Source: Chiloscyllium plagiosum (lineage: Eukaryota). From it: a stretch of DNA of 64,000 nt. Made by a program: the position numbers and the translations under genes. Numbering within the stretch: the first letter of the stretch is position 1; each line of letters begins with the position of its first letter. This document shows, piece by piece, positions 63,062 through 64,000 of this stretch. The notes under the pieces were generated by a model. That model was not told the origin of the DNA. It saw only the letters and a list, made by a program, of their open reading frames with translations, and ran no database searches. The stretch spans positions 65,413,634 through 65,477,633 of the forward strand of contig NC_057719.1 in assembly GCF_004010195.1 (NCBI RefSeq). Reading direction: 5' to 3'.

Positions 63062-63870
63062 GCTATAGCTCAAACCCTCCAATCACAGCATCATCCTTGT
63101 TAATCGTTTCTGAACCCTTTCAAGTTTCTTATATCTTTCTTATAACAGGGAGGCCAGAACTGAACTCGGTATTCTAAAATGTCTTGTACAGCTGCAACAT
63201 GACCTCCCAAATCCTATAGTAAATGTACTGACCAATAAAGGCAAGCACCTTGTCTACCTGTGGCTCCACGTTCAAAGAACTATGCACCTCCAGCCCTAGG
63301 TCCCTTTGTTTGGCAACACTTCCCAGAACCCTACCATTAACTGCATAAATCCTGCCTGATTTACCTTACCAAAATGCATCACATCACTTTTACCTAAATT
63401 AACTCCATCTACCACTCCTTGCCCCATTGGCCATCTGATCAAGGTCCAGTTGTACTCTGACATAATCTTTTTCACTCTCCACTGCACCACCAATTTTGGT
63501 TTCATCTGCAAACTTACCTCCTATGTTCACATCCAAATCGTTTATATAAATGATGAAAAGTAATGGACCCAGCACAGACCCTTGAGGCCCATGACTGGTC
63601 ACAGGCGTCCAGTCCAAATGGTAACCCTCCACAACCACCCTCCGTCTCCTGCCTTCAAGTCAATTTTGCATCCAACTGGCGAGCTCCCCCTGATTCCATG
63701 TGATCTAACTTTGGTAACTAGTGTACCATCTGGAACTTTGTCAAATGCCTTGCTGAAGTCCATGTAGACAATGTCTATCACTCTGTCTACATCAATCTTC
63801 TTTGTCACCTCTTCAAAAAACTCAATTAGGTCAGGATGACATAATTTCCCATGCACAAACTCATGTTTGA
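63062..63870 (-). mobile_element. CR1 LINE RT fragment
   Basis: [25 protein letters not shown] and [26 protein letters not shown]. Confidence 0.9.
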
Positions 63871-64000
63871 TCCTTATAGTTTAATTGATTGCTCAGTAAG
63901 TCCGATACCAGCAAAAATGTCTGGGGATTAGTCAGGTGATTTCACCGATATAAGCATTCACCATAGGTTCACTACTTTTCGTCATTTATAGTAATGATTT

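Overview
Eukaryotic, AT-rich, CpG-depleted DNA packed with repeats, almost certainly from a shark. The HE1-type V-SINEs, the CR1 LINEs sharing their 3' tail and the shark-type Penelope repeats point to an elasmobranch. It is a draft assembly with N gaps at 33618-33623, 39437-39439 and 60935-61383. I recognise no host protein-coding gene: every recognisable peptide comes from a decayed transposon (CR1 ORF1 esterase and ORF2, Rex1/Babar, L2, a second APE-RT LINE, Gypsy integrase, Penelope GIY-YIG, PIF/Harbinger transposase), so this looks like an intergenic region or a long intron. Best signals: (1) about a dozen short Penelope-derived repeats in three families, most carrying a decayed minimal hammerhead-ribozyme motif, several inserted as 50-210 bp units with 13-15 bp target-site duplications (TSDs); (2) a LINE whose endonuclease is preceded directly by a tRNA-like head, with SINEs made of that same head fused to the LINE tail; (3) nested insertions whose order can be read from the sequence; (4) motif-dense unique stretches that may be enhancers. 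Family names come from recalled consensus motifs, not database searches, and boundaries are approximate.
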